From an uncultured Actinomycetota bacterium (lineage in GTDB: Bacteria > Actinomycetota > Actinomycetes > BP-191): a stretch of 64,000 nt of DNA. Position numbers and translations under genes: made by a program. The stretch's first letter is position 1, and every line of letters begins with the position of its first letter. Location of the stretch: positions 628,091 to 692,090 of the forward strand of contig CAVXXT010000008.1 in the NCBI GenBank assembly GCA_963765815.1, written 5' to 3'. A model generated the notes under the pieces. It was not told the DNA's origin, searched no databases, and was given only the letters and a program-made list of their open reading frames with translations. Of this stretch, positions 28,440 through 39,542 are shown piece by piece.

Positions 28440-29371
28440 CTGCCGCACCTCTCGCCGTAGTCGTTGTCACCTGGCAGCCCGGCGACCACCTCGACCGCTT
28501 CCTGGACTCGCTCGCCACCGCAGCCGTGCAGCCGGTCCCCGTGGTCGTCGCCGACAACGGGTCGACGGACGGCGCGGTCGAGCGAGCGGAGTCACGACCC
28601 GGCGTGACCGTCGTGCGGACCGGCGCCAACCTCGGGTACGGCGGTGCTGCCAACGCCGGCGCGCGCACCGCGCCGGCTAACGACGCCGAGCTGGTGGTGG
28701 TCGCCAACCCCGACATCGTGTTCCACGCCGGCGCGCTCGACGTCCTGCTCGACGCGGCCGCGCGGTGGCCGAAGGCGGCGGCGCTCGGCCCGGCGATCCT
28801 GACGCCGGACGGCGACCTCTACCCGTCGGCGCGGTCCTTCCCGTCGCTGTCGCGCGGCATCGGCCACGCCCTGCTCGGCTGGTGGTGGCCGACCAACCCG
28901 TGGACCCAGTCCTACCGCCGCGAGCGGCGCGAGCCGGTCGAGGCGACCGCGGGCTGGCTCTCCGGCTCGTGCCTGCTGCTGCGCCGCAGCGCGTTCGACG
29001 AGGTCGGCGGCTTCGACCCGGCGTACTTCATGTACTTCGAGGACCTCGACCTCTGCCGCCGGCTCGCGCACGCGGGGTGGGACAGCGTGTTCGTCCCGTC
29101 ATCCGTCGTCACCCACGTCGGCGGTCAGGCGACCAAGCTGGCCAAGCGACCGATGCTCAAGGCGCACCATCGCAGCGCCTACCGCTACATCCGCACCGAG
29201 TACGCCGGCGCGCGGTGGCTCCCGGTGCGGCTCGTCCTCGGCGCCGGGCTGGCCGCGCGCTACCTGCTCTCGCTGGTCCTGCGCCCGGTGCGCGAAGGTG
29301 CCCCGCCGACCCGGTCGGCCGAGGTGCTCGACGCGATCGACAGAGAAGCTGCCGACAGAGAGGTGTCCTGA
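28436..29371 (+). CDS. wbbL: WbbL-like dTDP-rhamnosyltransferase (GT2)
   Basis: NLGYGGAAN, VANPDI, YPSARSFPSL, GWLSGSCLLLRR, FMYFEDLDL motifs; directly upstream of manC as in the conserved actinobacterial locus. Confidence 0.8.
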   Translation: MTAAPLAVVVVTWQPGDHLDRFLDSLATAAVQPVPVVVADNGSTDGAVERAESRPGVTVVRTGANLGYGGAANAGARTAPANDAELVVVANPDIVFHAGALDVLLDAAARWPKAAALGPAILTPDGDLYPSARSFPSLSRGIGHALLGWWWPTNPWTQSYRRERREPVEATAGWLSGSCLLLRRSAFDEVGGFDPAYFMYFEDLDLCRRLAHAGWDSVFVPSSVVTHVGGQATKLAKRPMLKAHHRSAYRYIRTEYAGARWLPVRLVLGAGLAARYLLSLVLRPVREGAPPTRSAEVLDAIDREAADREVS

Positions 29372-29372
29372 C

Positions 29373-30439
29373 ATGGACGCGGTGATGCTCGTCGGCGGCC
29401 AGGGCACCCGGCTGCGCCCGCTCACGATCAACACGCCGAAGCCGATGCTGCCGACGGCCGGCGTGCCGTTCATCGCGCACCAGCTCGCGCAGGCTCGCGA
29501 GGCGGGCGTCGACCACGTGATCCTCTCGACGGCGTACAAGCCCGAGGTCTTCACCGGCTACTTCGGCGACGGCGCGGGTCTCGGCATGCGGCTGACCTAC
29601 GTCACCGAGGAGACCCCGATGGGGACCGGCGGCGCGATCCGCTACGTCGCCGACCACCTCTCCGGCGGGGACTTCCTGGTGTTCAACGGCGACGTGCTGT
29701 CGGGTCTCGACATCGCCGCGCTGGTCGCGTCGCATCGCGCGGCGCACGCCGACGTGACGCTCTACCTGACCGAGGTCGAGGACCCGCGCGCGTTCGGCTG
29801 CGTGCCGACCGACGCATCCGGCCGGGTCAGCGACTTCCTCGAGAAGATGGACGCGCCGGTCGACCAACCAGATCAACGCCGGCTGCTACGTCATGACGCC
29901 CGAGGTCCTCGACCGCATCCCGGCCAGTCGTCCGGTCTCGGTCGAGCGCGAGACGTTCCCGGAGCTGCTGGCGAGCGGCGCGCACCGTGCACGGCGTCGT
30001 CGACACGTCGTACTGGCTCGACCTCGGCACCCCCGCGGCTTTCGTCACGGGCAGCTGCGACCTGGTCCTCGGCCGCGTCGCGTCGTCGGCGGTGCCCGGG
30101 CCGACAGGGGAGCGGCTGCTGCTCGCCGACGCGGACGTCGCCGCTGACGCGACGGTGTCCGGCGGTACGACGATCGGGGCGCGCGCGGTCGTCGAGAGCG
30201 GCGCCACGGTCGACGGCTCGGTGGTCTTCGACGGCGCGCGCATCGGCGCCGGCGCGGTGGTGCGCCGGTCGGTCGTGGGCGTCGGCGCCCGGGTCGGCGC
30301 GTCGTCCGTGCTCGACGGCGTCGTCGTCGGCGACGGCGCGGTCATCGGCGCCGGCAACGAGCTGCTCAGCGGCGCGCGGGTGTGGCCCGGCGCCGTCATC
30401 GCTGACGGCGCCGTGCGCTTCTCCTCCGACCGGTCCTAG
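29373..30439 (+). CDS. manC: Mannose-1-phosphate guanylyltransferase, two +1 frameshifts (about 29862 and 29983)
   Basis: LVGGQGTRLRPLT, PKPMLP, FNGDVLS; INAGCY, SVERETFP, YWLDLGTP across frames; hexapeptide repeats at the C-terminus. Confidence 0.88.
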
Positions 30440-30446
30440 CCTCCGG

Positions 30447-31160
30447 TCAGCCGGCGTTGGGCTCCGGCGCCTTCGACTTCGCCCCGCCCGGCGTGCGGAA
30501 GTCCTTGGCGAACGCCTCGATGGCCTCACCGGACACCTTGCCGCAGAGCTGCGACGCCGCCCACGCCGTCATGCCGACGTTGTTGTCGCCGTCGAAGTCG
30601 CCGCGCGTGTACGGCGCGACGATGAACTTCTTGCCGAAGCGGTCGTTGACGTTGCTGATGTTCTTGCTGATCTTGCGCAGGTCGTTGATCTCCGCGTCGG
30701 TCGCCTGCTTGTCGTACCAGACCACGACGTAGCCGTGCTCGAGGTTGTGCACGAGGTTCTCGGGGCGGACGTCGTCGTCGCGGTCGTAGAAGTTCTTGTT
30801 GGGCGGAGCGGTCTCGAGGAAGTGGTCGCCGCCCGTCGGCGGCGTCGTCGAGTAGGAGACCGACGTCTGGCTGCGAGCCGCCGCGGTGGTCGCGCCCGGG
30901 CCAACGTGCTGGCCGGTGATCGCCGCGGAGGCGACCTCGACCTCGCCGCAGGCCGCCGCTTCCTTCTTCACGCCGATCGTGGCGATGTCGAGCTTGCCGG
31001 TGCCGCCGCCGAAGATCACCGCCGACGCGATGAGCCCGCCCGCGACCAGCACCGCGATCGCGACGAAGACCATCGTCGTACGCCGCTCGGCCTTCTTCTG
31101 CTGGCTCTTGATGTCGTCGATGCGGCGACGGCGGTCGGTGCTGTCGGACTTCTTGGCCAC
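30447..31160 (-). CDS. DUF3105 membrane-anchored protein
   Basis: N-terminal TM segment; PPTGGDH and LVHNLEHGYVVVWY motifs. Confidence 0.88.
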   Translation of the reverse strand: MAKKSDSTDRRRRIDDIKSQQKKAERRTTMVFVAIAVLVAGGLIASAVIFGGGTGKLDIATIGVKKEAAACGEVEVASAAITGQHVGPGATTAAARSQTSVSYSTTPPTGGDHFLETAPPNKNFYDRDDDVRPENLVHNLEHGYVVVWYDKQATDAEINDLRKISKNISNVNDRFGKKFIVAPYTRGDFDGDNNVGMTAWAASQLCGKVSGEAIEAFAKDFRTPGGAKSKAPEPNAG

Positions 31161-31228
31161 GGGGGTCCCTGTCGATCGGCTGCGGGCTCCGCGGAGTCTA
31201 TGTCGGGGCGGCGTCGTACCGTGACGGC

Positions 31229-32164
31229 GTGCCGGTGACGTCGGGGACCCCCACGAGCAGCGCGAGCCCGCTGCGCGCCGTCATCCGCCCGGCGCATCCG
31301 GTCGACCTGCGCACAACCCTCGGGGGGATGCGCCGCGGCGCTCGCGACCGGTCGACGGGCTTCGACGGGTCGGCGGTCTGGCGCGCGTTCCACACGCCGG
31401 ATGGTCCGGCGACGCTGCATCTGCAGCCCCGCTCGGGTGGCGAGGTCGACGCGACTGCCTGGGGAGCTGGTGCCGAGTGGGCCCTGGCCGGAGCGCCCGA
31501 CCTGATGGGCGCGCGGGACACTCTCGACGGCTGGGCGCCGACCCACGGGATCGTCCGCGACCAGCACCTGCGCCGGCCGGCGATGCGCATCCCGCGCAGC
31601 GGGCTGGTCTTCGACTCGCTCATGCCGGCGATCCTGGAGCAGAAGGTCACCGGCATGGAGGCCCGGCAGTCCTACGCCGAGCTCACCTCGCGGTTCGGGT
31701 CGGTCGCGCCAGGTCCGCGCCGGATGCTGGTGCCGCCGGGTGCGGCGACGGTGGCCCGGATCCCGTCGTGGGAGTGGCACCTGGCCGGCGTCGACCACAC
31801 CCGGTCGCGGACGCTGGTGACCGCGGCGGCTCGCGCGGGCCGGCTGGAGGAAGCGGTAGGCATGACGCCGGCCGACGCGCAGCAGCGGCTCCGCGCGATC
31901 CCGGGCGTGGGCGCGTGGACCTACGCCGAGACCGCGCAGCGTGCCCTCGGCGACGCCGACGCCGTGTCGGTCGGCGACTTCCATCTCGCCCACTTCATCG
32001 GCTGGGTGCTCACCGGGCACCGCGTCGACGACGACGGGATGCTCGAGCTGCTCGAGCCCTACCGGCCGCACCGCTACCGCGCGATCCGGCTGCTCGAGCT
32101 CAGCGGTCTTCGCCCGCCCCGCTACGGCCCCCGGATGTCCATCGACAACCGCCGGTCGTTCTGA
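31229..32164 (+). CDS. DNA-3-methyladenine glycosylase II family (AlkA-like HhH-GPD)
   Basis: ILEQKVTG, LRAIPGVGAWT HhH motif, DAVSVGDFHL; TACCGT -10 lies 6 nt upstream. Confidence 0.9.
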   Translation: MPVTSGTPTSSASPLRAVIRPAHPVDLRTTLGGMRRGARDRSTGFDGSAVWRAFHTPDGPATLHLQPRSGGEVDATAWGAGAEWALAGAPDLMGARDTLDGWAPTHGIVRDQHLRRPAMRIPRSGLVFDSLMPAILEQKVTGMEARQSYAELTSRFGSVAPGPRRMLVPPGAATVARIPSWEWHLAGVDHTRSRTLVTAAARAGRLEEAVGMTPADAQQRLRAIPGVGAWTYAETAQRALGDADAVSVGDFHLAHFIGWVLTGHRVDDDGMLELLEPYRPHRYRAIRLLELSGLRPPRYGPRMSIDNRRSF

Positions 32165-32174
32165 GCGGTCCCTG

Positions 32175-32254
32175 CCGTTCTGTGTCCGCCCCGCCACTAC
32201 CGTTCTGTGTCCGCGGGCGCGGCGCGGCCCCGTTCACATCTGGACACAGAACGG
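32175..32254. repeat. Inverted repeat D: GTTCTGTGTCC-N29-GGACACAGAAC plus one extra half-site
   Basis: Arms at 32202-32212 and 32242-32252 (13 bp with flanking CC/GG); orphan left arm at 32177-32187; lies between convergent genes. Confidence 0.9.
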
Positions 32255-32273
32255 GTGGGGACGGCGGTGCACC

Positions 32274-33616
32274 TCAGCGCTCGACGACGAAGCGGCGCGC
32301 GTCCCGCGGCGGGCGCGGCGTGGGCTTGGTCGCCGGCGTGCCGATGACGATCGCGCCCATCGGGTCCCAGGTCTCCGGCAGCCCGAGCGCCCGGCGTACC
32401 GGGTCGGGGCAGAACAGCGTCGAGCTGACCCAGCAGCTGCCGAGCCCCTCGGCCGTCAGCGCGACCAGGAGGTTCTCGACCGCCGCGCCCATCGGAGACG
32501 AGGAACATCTCCCGCTCCGCCCGCCGTCGCCGCTCGTCGGGGTAGGCGTGCGCGCCGTCCATGACGAGGCACGGCACGACGAGGTACGGCGCCGCGCCGA
32601 GCAGCGCGTCCGAGCGCGCGATGCGCCGCAGCACCACCGCGGGCGTCGACGCCGTCGTCGGCGAGGTCGTCGCTCCACGCCTGCCGCATCGCCGACAGCA
32701 GGGCCGACCGCGCCTCGTCGGTGTCGACGAGGACGAAGCGCCACGGCGTCGTGTGGTGCGGCGCGGGTGCGGTGACTGCCGCGGCCAGCGCGCGCTGCAG
32801 CCGCGCCGGGTCGACCCGGTCGGGCTTGAAGTCGCGCACCGACCGGCGTGACTCGACCAGCGCCGCCGGATCTCCAGCCCCCTGCCGCAGTGCCTCGTCG
32901 GTGCCGAGCCGGAACATGTCCTGGTCCGCGGGGCGGATCAGCGGGCGCACGCCGCGGTCGTCGGGGTCGTCGTCGTACGCGACCCCGCGGACGACCGCGA
33001 CCGGCACGCCGTCGAGCTTGCCCATCACCAGCTCGGCGGCCGACGCGATCTCGTCGACCACCGCGAGCTCGGTCATCTGCAGGTCGTTGCCGTAGGAGTC
33101 GGTCTGACCGCGGAAGTCGCGGATCGCCGCGATGCCGGCGACGCCGATCGCCACGTCGGTCAGGCCGTTGCGCCACGGCCGCCCGAAGGTGTCGGACACG
33201 ACGACCGCGACGTCGACGCCCAGTCGCTCGCGCAACCCGTCGCGGATCCGCCGCGCCGACGCGTCGGGGTCCTCGGGCAGCAACGCGATCGACGTCGGTC
33301 GCGACGTTCGAGGCGTCGACCCCGGCGCTGGCGAGGACGAAGCCATGGCGCGTCTCGACGATGCGAGTGGGTCCGCGCTCGGCCACCACCCGCACCGTCT
33401 CGCTGTCGATCGCGGCGAGCCTCGCCTTCTCCCGCTGCGTCGCCCCGCCGGTCGCGGGCCACAGCCGGCCCTCGGCCTTGCTGACGACTTTCGACGTGAC
33501 GACGACGACATCGCCGTCCCGCAGCTCGACACCGGTCGCCGCGATGAGCGCCGCGAGGTCGTCGCCCGGGACGACCTCGCGGCGATGCCGGTTACCGGCC
33601 GGACCTCGATCGTCAC
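32274..33616 (-). CDS. fbiB: F420-0:gamma-glutamyl ligase with nitroreductase domain, about 4 frameshifts
   Basis: [60 protein letters not shown] pieced across frames; equivalent to cofE. Confidence 0.9.
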
Positions 33617-34578
33617 CGGCACGCCGCTGCGAGGTCGAGCGCGGCTGTCGCGATCGCCGCGGTCGCGTCGAGGTCGGTCATCAGCAGCGGCACTGCGCGG
33701 CGCGCGGATGCCGGCGGCTTCGACATCAGGTACGACGGCCGCGTCGACCGTGTCGACCAGCCAGCCGTCGAGCACCCCGCCGCTCGTGCGCGGGCCGTAG
33801 TGCCGGGCCACCGCACCGGCGTCGACCTCGACGCCGAGGGACTCGAGCATCCGGTCGGCCATGCCGCGCACCGGCGCGCCGCCGATGATCGGCGAGACGC
33901 CGACGACCGGAGCAGTGGTCGCGCGGATCGCGTCGGCGATGCCGGGCACGGCGAGGATCGTGCCGATGCGACACGACCGGGTTGGACGGCGGCAGCAGCA
34001 CGATGTCGGCTGTCGCGATCGCCTCGAGCACGCCGGGCGCCGGCGTCGCCCCGTCGACGCCGACGTAGACCACGGCCTCCGCCGGGACGCTCGCGCCGCA
34101 TCCGCACCCAGTACTCCTGGAAGTGCACGGCTCGCCGCCCCCGGTCGTCGTCGACGACGACGTGCGTCTCGACCCGGTCGTCGCTCATCGGGAGCAGCCG
34201 CACGCCCGGCTTCCAGCGCTCGCACAGCGCCGCGGTGACGTCGCACAGCGAGGCGCCGGCGTCGAGCAGCTGGGTGCGGACGAGGTGGGTCGCGATGTCG
34301 CGGTCGCCGAGGGTGAACCAGGTCCGGACCCACGCCGTACGCCGCCAGCTCCTCGGCGACGGCGAACCGCTCGTCGTCGCGGCCCCAGCCCTGCGCTCGC
34401 TGATCCCGCCGCCGAGGGTGTACATCACCGTGTCGAGGTCGGGGCAGACCCGCAGCCCGTGCAGCGTGATGTCGTCGCCGGTGTTGCCGATGACGACGAT
34501 CTGGTGGTCGCCGGCGACGCGCAGCAGCCCGCGCAGGAACCGCGCAGCTCCGATGCCGCCGGCCAGCACGACGATCAC
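33613..34578 (-). CDS. fbiA: 2-phospho-L-lactate transferase, about 5 frameshifts
   Basis: [54 protein letters not shown] pieced across frames; equivalent to cofD. Confidence 0.9.
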   Translation of the reverse strand: MIVVLAGGIGAARFLRGLLRVAGDHQIVVIGNTGDDITLHGLRVCPDLDTVMYTLGGGISERRAGAATTSGSPSPRSWRRTAWVRTWFTLGDRDIATHLVRTQLLDAGASLCDVTAALCERWKPGVRLLPMSDDRVETHVVVDDDRGRRAVHFQEYWVRMRRERPGGGRGLRRRRRGDAGARRARGDRDSRHRAAAAVQPGRVASARSSPCPASPTRSARPLLRSSASRRSSAARRCAAWPTGCSSPSASRSTPVRWPGTTARARAAGCSTAGWSTRSTRPSYLMSKPPASARRAVPLLMTDLDATAAIATAALDLAAACR

Positions 34579-34613
34579 GCGACCGCACGCTACCGGCCTG
34601 GGCGCCCGCCTCG

Positions 34614-34665
34614 AACCGTGTCCGGATCTGTGACAGATCCGTGCTCAGGGGTGTCCACAGTTCGC
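34614..34665. repeat. Dispersed intergenic repeat A, copy 2
   Basis: 47/52 identical to 4588-4639; holds the perfect inner palindrome GGATCTG-TGA-CAGATCC; sits in the fbiA/fbiC divergent gap. Confidence 0.9.
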
Positions 34666-34693
34666 GGCGGTGTCGGGGCATAGGGTCGAGTGC

Positions 34694-37173
34694 GTGGACC
34701 AGCCGAGCCCGGAGGCGATGCGACGGGCGCTGCGCCGCGCCCGTGACGGCGCCGTCCTCGACGAGACCGAGGCAGAGGTCCTGCTGCACGCGCGAGGTGA
34801 CGACCTCGACGACCTCTGCGCCTGCGGCCGGCCGAGTCAGCGGACGAGGGCCACGGCACGCGTCGTCACCTACAGCCGCAAGGTGTTCATCCCGCTGACC
34901 CGGCTGTGCCGCGACCGCTGCCACTACTGCACGTTCGCGACCACGCCCAACCACCTGCCGGCGCCGTACCTGACGCCCGGACGAGGTCCTCGACATCGCG
35001 CGCGCAGGGCCAGCGCCACGGCTGCAAGGAGGCGCTGTTCACCCTCGGCGACCGGCCCGAGGAGCGCTGGCCGCAGGCCGCGGAGTGGCTGGAGCGCACG
35101 GGTACGACTCGACGCTCGACTACCTGCGCGCCATGGCGATCCGCGTCCTCGAGGAGACCGGGCTGCTGCCGCACCTCAACCCGGGCGTGCTGTCGTGGCA
35201 GGAGCTGACCAGGCTCAAGCCGGTCGCGCCGAGCATGGGGATGATGCTCGAGACGACCGCGACGCGGCTGTGGTCGGACCCTGGCGGCGCGCACTACGGC
35301 AGCCCGGACAAGGAGCCGGCGGTGCGGCTGCGCGTCCTCGAGGACGCCGGTCGGCTGGCCGTGCCGTTCACCACCGGGATCCTCATCGGCATCGGCGAGA
35401 CGCCGGCCGAGCGGGTCGACGCGCTCTTCGCGATCCGCCGCATCGCCAAGCAGTACGCCGGGATCCAGGAGGTGATCGTCCAGAACTTCCGGGCCAAGGA
35501 CGACACCGCCATGCGCGGCGCCGCCGAGCCCACGATGCAGGACCTCGCCGCGACGATCGCGGTCGCGCGGCTCGTCCTCGGCCCGTCGATGCACCTGCAG
35601 GCGCCGCCCAACCTGGTCGGCGACGAGCTCGGCCTGATGCTGCGCGCCGGCATCGACGACTGGGGCGGCGTGTCACCCGTGACGCCCGACCACGTGAACC
35701 CGGAGCGCCCCTGGCCGGCGATCGACGCGCTCGCCGCCGCGACCGCCGCAGCCGGATTCGAGCTGCGCGAGCGGCTCACCGTCTACCCGCGCTACGTCGC
35801 CGAGCCCGACCCGTGGATCGACCCGCGCGTGCTCGGGCACGTCCGCGCGCTCGCCGGCGACGACGGCCGCGCGGGCACCGACGCCGTACCGCTCGGCCGG
35901 CTGTGGCAGGAGCCCGACGGCGGGTGGGCGAGCAGCGGCCGCACCGACCTGCACCGCACCGTCGACACCGACGGCCGCACGGACGACCGGCGCAGCGACT
36001 TCGACACGGTGTACGGCGACTGGGCGTCGCTGCACGTCGGCACTGCGCCGGAGCGGCTCGACGGCGACGTCGCGGCTGCCTTGCGCCGCGCGGCGGACGA
36101 CCCGGCCGGCATCGACGACGGCGACGCGCTCGCCCTGCTCACCGCCGACGGGGCGGCGACTGGAGGCGCTCTGCGCGCTCGCCGACGACGTACGCCGCGA
36201 CACCGTCGGCGACGACGTCACCTACGTCGTCAACCGCAACATCAACTTCACCAACGTCTGCTACACCGGCTGCCGGTTCTGTGCCTTCGCCCAGCGCCGC
36301 AGCGACGCCGACGCCTACACGCTGTCCCTGCAGCAGGTCGGCGACCGCGCGGCCGAGGCCGCTGCGCTCGGCGCGACCGAGGTCTGCATGCAGGGCGGGA
36401 TCCACCCCGACCTGCCCGGCACCGCCTACTTGGACATCGCGGCCGAGGTGAAGCGGCGCGCGCCGGACATGCACGTGCACGCGTTCAGCCCGATGGAGGT
36501 CGTCAACGGCGCCAGCCGCACCGGGCTGTCGATCGAGGACTGGCTGGTGAAGGCCCGCGAGTCCGGTCTCGACACGATCCCGGGGACCGCTGCGGAGATC
36601 CTCGACGACGACGTGCGGTGGATCCTCACCAAGGGCAAGCTGCCGGCGGCCACCTGGGTCGAGGTCGTCAGCACCGCGCACCGCCTCGGCATCCGCTCCA
36701 GCAGCACGATGATGTACGGCCACGTCGACCACCCCGGTCACTGGCTCGCGCACCTGCGGCTGCTGGCCCGCATCCAGGACGACACCGGCGGCTTCACCGA
36801 GTTCGTGCCGCTGCCGTTCGTGCACCACAACGCGCCGATCTACCTGGCCGGCATCGCGCGGCCCGGCCCGACCGAGCGCGACAACCGGGCCGTGCACGCC
36901 CTCGCCCGGCTGCTGCTCCACGGCCGGATCGACCACATCCAGGCCAGCTGGGTGAAGCTCGGCGTCGACGGCGTACGACGGCTCCTCCGCGGCGGGGTCG
37001 ACGACCTCGGCGGCACGCTGATGGAGGAGACGATCAGCCGGATGGCCGGCTCCGAGCACGGGTCGGCCAAGACCGTCGCCGAGCTCACCGAGATCGCCGC
37101 GGGGGTCGGCCGGCCGGTCCGTCAGCGGACGACGACGTACGGCGAGGTGGCCCGGCCGGTGGCCGTCGCCTGA
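34694..37173 (+). CDS. fbiC: Bifunctional FO synthase (CofG+CofH fusion), at least 4 frameshifts
   Basis: Two radical-SAM motifs CRDRCHYC and CYTGCRFC; [42 protein letters not shown]. Confidence 0.9.
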
Positions 37174-37278
37174 GCGGCGGCGCCGAGGTTCCTCGTCCGG
37201 ACGCTCCTGGCTTCCTATACTCGGCGCCACGCTCTCCGGGTGGGGGGCAATCCGACGAACACCTGAGGATGGGCCGCC

Positions 37279-39126
37279 GTGTCCGAGGTCGAGACGACGC
37301 CACTGTTCGCGCGCATCGAGGAGCTGGCGGCCCGTGCCGCCAACGAGGTCGAGGCCGAGCTCTCCCTCGCCAGCGAGGTGTACGCCGTCCGCTCGGAGCT
37401 CAGCGCCCTGGCCGGCCGGCTGGACGGCGACGTCAGGTCGCCGCTCGAGGCCCGGCTCGCCGCCCTCGAGGACAGCCTCGACGGCGTCGCCGAGCGGCTT
37501 GAGGCGTTCGCCCGGGACGGCGCGAGCACCACCGCGGAGCGGCTGGCGATGCTGACCAAGGACGTCGAGAAGGTCAGCCGCGCGGTCGCCGCACGGGACA
37601 CCGAGCTGCGCGCGCTGATCGCCGAGCAGATGAACGGCCTGCGCACCGCGGGCAGCGAGCGCGACGCCGGCCTGCGCAACTACATCGCCGAGCGGGTCGC
37701 CGAGTCCGCGACGCCGATCCAGGACGTGCAGTCGGCCGTCGTACCGCCGGTCGAGGCGGCTGTCAGCGGGCTCACCGGCTCCGTCCGCGAGGCGATCGAC
37801 GCCTTCGCCGGGTCGGTCGAGGCGAGCCTCACCGCGCTCGGCGGGTCGGTCGGCTCCGCCCTCGCGGAGGCGCGAGACGCCCACCACGACCACCTCGACG
37901 AGGTGTCCGGCTACCTCGACACCGCGATGGAGACGGTGACCGCGGGCCAGGCCCAGGTGACCGCGAAGCTGGGCGCACAGGGCACGGCGCTGGACGAGAT
38001 GCGCCTCGGCGTCGCCGTGACCAACACCGCGATCGACGGTCTGGCCAGCAAGGTGGCCGCGATCGCGAAGACCGCGACCGACAACACGATGGCCGTGAAC
38101 AAGCTCGGCGCCGGCCTCGCCGAGGTCGCCAAGCAGGTCGTCAAAGAGGCGCACGCCGCCGCGGCCGCGGAGGTGTCCACGTTCCGCGAGCGCATGGAGC
38201 TGGAGATCTCCGGCCTGCGCGAGCAGATGCGGGTGACCGCCGCCACGGTGATCGACTCGCGCCAGGAGCTCGACGAGGGCACGCAGCGTCTCGAGTCCAC
38301 CGGCCACGCGCTGCTCGCCTACCTCGGTCAGCGCGACCTGGTCCTCGAGGAGGAGCGCGACCGCCTGCTGCGCGACGTCCTCGACGAGTTCGCCAAGGGC
38401 CTCGACGCCAAGAGCCGCAAGCACCTGTCGGCCCGCGTCGGCGAAGCGCTCGAGCGCTCGCGTGACGCGCGCGACGCCGACCGCTACCGCAAGTCGCGGT
38501 CCGAGACCGAGGCGCCGCCGGTGCCGCTCGTGGTCAGTGCCCCGGCGAGCCGGCCGCGACCCGCTCGCGAGGCGCCGGCCGCGACCGGCCTGATGCGCCC
38601 GCCCGCACCGCCCGCGGCACCGGCCGCCGCACCGGCGCCCGCGAAGGCGGCCAAGCCGGCGAAGCCCGCCGCGAAGGCGTCCGGTACGCCGGCCCGCCCG
38701 ACCAAGGCCGCCGCCGCGAAGCCGGCCAAGGCCACGGCACCCCCGGCCAAGGCGACGACGAAGACGGCGACCAAGGTCGCGAAGGCGCCGGCGAAGTCCG
38801 CCGCGAAGCCGGCGGCGAAGGGCCGGGCGACGGCGACCCGCAGCACCGCCCCGGCGGCCGCCCCGGACGAGCCTGCCCCAGGCGCCACCGAGCCGCTCGC
38901 ACCGATCGCGTCCGCGCCGCCCCCACCGCCGCGGCGGGCCCGGGCGTCGGTCGACGCCATGCCGGCGGTCGCTTCGCCGTCCTCGGCGATCGACGCCGCG
39001 ACCGGCGACGACGCCGGCGGCTTCGACGACCCGACCGGCGTATCGGGTGCCGCAGCCGTCGACGCCTTCACCGCCGCGGCCTCCGCACGCCGCCGTCCGT
39101 TCGGCGGGCGCCGCTCCCGACCTTGA
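37279..39126 (+). CDS. Hypothetical coiled-coil protein with Ala/Lys/Pro histone-like tail, 615 aa
   Basis: Intact ORF with typical codon bias; TATACT -10 at 37216-37221; no family recognised. Confidence 0.75.
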   Translation: MSEVETTPLFARIEELAARAANEVEAELSLASEVYAVRSELSALAGRLDGDVRSPLEARLAALEDSLDGVAERLEAFARDGASTTAERLAMLTKDVEKVSRAVAARDTELRALIAEQMNGLRTAGSERDAGLRNYIAERVAESATPIQDVQSAVVPPVEAAVSGLTGSVREAIDAFAGSVEASLTALGGSVGSALAEARDAHHDHLDEVSGYLDTAMETVTAGQAQVTAKLGAQGTALDEMRLGVAVTNTAIDGLASKVAAIAKTATDNTMAVNKLGAGLAEVAKQVVKEAHAAAAAEVSTFRERMELEISGLREQMRVTAATVIDSRQELDEGTQRLESTGHALLAYLGQRDLVLEEERDRLLRDVLDEFAKGLDAKSRKHLSARVGEALERSRDARDADRYRKSRSETEAPPVPLVVSAPASRPRPAREAPAATGLMRPPAPPAAPAAAPAPAKAAKPAKPAAKASGTPARPTKAAAAKPAKATAPPAKATTKTATKVAKAPAKSAAKPAAKGRATATRSTAPAAAPDEPAPGATEPLAPIASAPPPPPRRARASVDAMPAVASPSSAIDAATGDDAGGFDDPTGVSGAAAVDAFTAAASARRRPFGGRRSRP

Positions 39127-39152
39127 CGCGCCACGCGCGGTGACGGTCTAAT
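39123..39152 (+). promoter_or_regulatory. Putative sigma-70-type promoter of whiB
   Basis: TTGACG (39123-39128), 18-nt spacer, TCTAAT (39147-39152), ahead of a leader of about 130 nt. Confidence 0.45.
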
Positions 39153-39287
39153 CACACCCATGTCATTCGGCCGTGGGGCGTCACCCTTCCTCCTCCGCCC
39201 TGCCGTCGAACTCGCGTGCCCGCCGACCGGCGGCACGGCTTCGGGACCTAGGGGTGGACGGGTCCACGATGGTGCGGAGGGGCCGGC

Positions 39288-39542
39288 ATGAGCCTGCAGT
39301 CACTCGAGAGCGATCTGCCCGAGGAGATGACCTGGCAGGAAAACGCGCTGTGCGCGCAGACCGATCCGGAGGCCTTCTTCCCGGAGAAGGGCGGCTCCAC
39401 CCGGGAGGCCAAGCGCATCTGCGTCGGCTGCGAGGTGAAGGCGGAGTGCCTCGCCTACGCGCTGTCCAACGACGAGCGGTTCGGGATCTGGGGCGGTCTG
39501 TCCGAGCGGGAGCGCCGCCGCCTCAAGCGTAAAGCGTCGTAA
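39288..39542 (+). CDS. whiB: WhiB transcription factor (WhiB/WhiB2 orthologue)
   Basis: WQENALCAQTDPEAFFPEKGGSTREAKRICVGCEVKAECL...GIWGGLSERERR with four Cys. Confidence 0.97.
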   Translation: MSLQSLESDLPEEMTWQENALCAQTDPEAFFPEKGGSTREAKRICVGCEVKAECLAYALSNDERFGIWGGLSERERRRLKRKAS

